64,000 bases of DNA from assembly GCA_038496445.1 (NCBI GenBank), contig JALMLS010000062.1, positions 496,001 to 560,000 of the forward strand, given 5' to 3'. The notes under the pieces were generated by a model that did no database searches, was not told the DNA's origin, and worked only from the letters and a program-made list of their open reading frames with translations. The stretch is from Trichosphaerium sp. ATCC 40318. Its lineage: Eukaryota > Protista > Tubulinea. Below, in pieces: positions 62,778-64,000 of the stretch (position 1 is the first letter of the stretch; every line of letters begins with the position of its first letter). The translations under genes were made by a program, and so were the position numbers.

Positions 62778-64000
62778 ATGAACATAGAACAAACAGAAGA
62801 GGCCAAAAAGTTCTCTGCGTTGGGAGACGCATCATATATCATTAATTCAGAGCTTCAGCCTGATGAGAAGGGCTATGAGTTAAATGATTTTTATATGACG
62901 AAATCGCTCTCAAGGGATCTATATAAGAGCAGACCAAATGATTTTAGATGTTCGGAGCTCATACCTTTGCCTAATGCATTGCGAGAACAATTTCAATGTA
63001 AAATACGTTTTTTATGACGTTTATGCGCTTACCAAGGTAATAGATATGCAATGTAAGAGTTTTATGGGCATGTTTCCTGAAATACAACGAGCATGGCTAA
63101 CATTTGATCATAAACTCTTCCTATGGGACTATGTTAACGGGTACAGTGTTTTTGAAGCGCCATGACAGCAAAAGTTGATTACTCCTTGAACAGGTCGAGT
63201 TATGAATCATACGGCGGCTTGGACCAAATAATCAGCGCAGTAGCATTGGTAACACCAAAACCATCAGTATTCGTGTACGTCAGCTTTTAAAATATTTTAG
63301 CGTAAAAAAGTACCCTGGCGATCTCGTGGTCGCTGTGTTATTACTTTGGCGTCAATAAGAAAAACTTTTTAAAACAAAATGTCTGTTTTCAACAAATACG
63401 CTCATACGCCCTTATAAACAAAAAAACCAACGATTATATCTTAAACAAAACATTTAAAAACGGTTTAACTCTTTCGACGCGCAAATTTCAAAAATCAGCC
63501 TAAACACGCCTCTAAACAATATACAGGCCTGAAGTAAAACATCTCCTTATAGTAGGTACGCTAATAAACGCTTATACGTCATTTTTTGGCTGTCAAACCA
63601 AAAAACAATTCTTTACGTTGCATAAAGCCTCCTATATAGCTCATACGCGCTTAAAAAAATACTACGTATGATTGACATGTTTATTCAAGCGACTACTGTG
63701 GAAATTGTGATCATCGCCGTCCTTAAAAACCCCAACAACCCTCGGGATCTTAAACTTCGTGCCAGTACGTTTTAACAAATTTATATACACAGGATTAAGT
63801 GTTATTGCATTAAAACCATGAAACACATGTGTCACAGCATTTTTAATGTACCATTTCTGACGTTTTTTGTCTTTTAGCGAACTTCAGTTGTGGTACTGAT
63901 AATGTCAATATGACAAAGATTGTTGGCACAAAGAATGGTAGAATATTCGCAAGTGGTGTTGATGGACACTTATACGAAGTACATTATCGTCCTGAGAGTG
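62778..64000 (+). CDS. NUP155: Nucleoporin Nup155/Nup170, 5' part (runs off window)
   Basis: IPLPNALREQF, MGMFPEIQRAWLTFDHKLFLWDY, LDQIISAVALVTPKPSVF, ATTVEI and GTKNGRIF..GVDGHLYEVHY. Confidence 0.92.

Noticed and set aside
1-64000. CRISPR array, rRNA, telomeric or satellite arrays, alternative genetic code
   Set aside because: No such repeats or rRNA were seen. Conserved genes translate cleanly with the standard code and end in both TAA and TGA.

Overview
Gene-dense, AT-rich eukaryotic DNA (roughly 35% GC by eye) with many short GT-AG introns, often with GTACG donors. It is a protist, probably amoebozoan; the taxon is inferred from gene content. Most track ORFs are single exons, so I assembled genes by hand across splice sites. 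About 30 protein genes and one tRNA-Thr(UGU) are supported. They include MIOX, RtcA, a cyclophilin, TTC27, a MOXD1-like monooxygenase, a GH79 enzyme, a papain-family protease, the 5' end of Nup155, and an expanded set of F-box proteins with LRR, MORN, SPRY or kinase partners plus decayed copies. The standout is an apparently intact ~2.05 kb tyrosine-recombinase (Crypton-like) DNA element at ~12871-14930. It lies antisense inside one intron of an MsrA-like gene that the ORF track misses. Its ends form a split inverted-repeat layout: a ~127-nt left hairpin whose 3' foot abuts an inverted copy of the right end. Other unusual items are an S4-domain/RtcA fusion, a myristoylation-motif Rab1-like pseudo-GTPase, an ArgRS-like protein without HIGH, an F-box/PDK1-like kinase, a double palindrome upstream of MIOX, and about 10-fold enrichment of CACGTG across the window.
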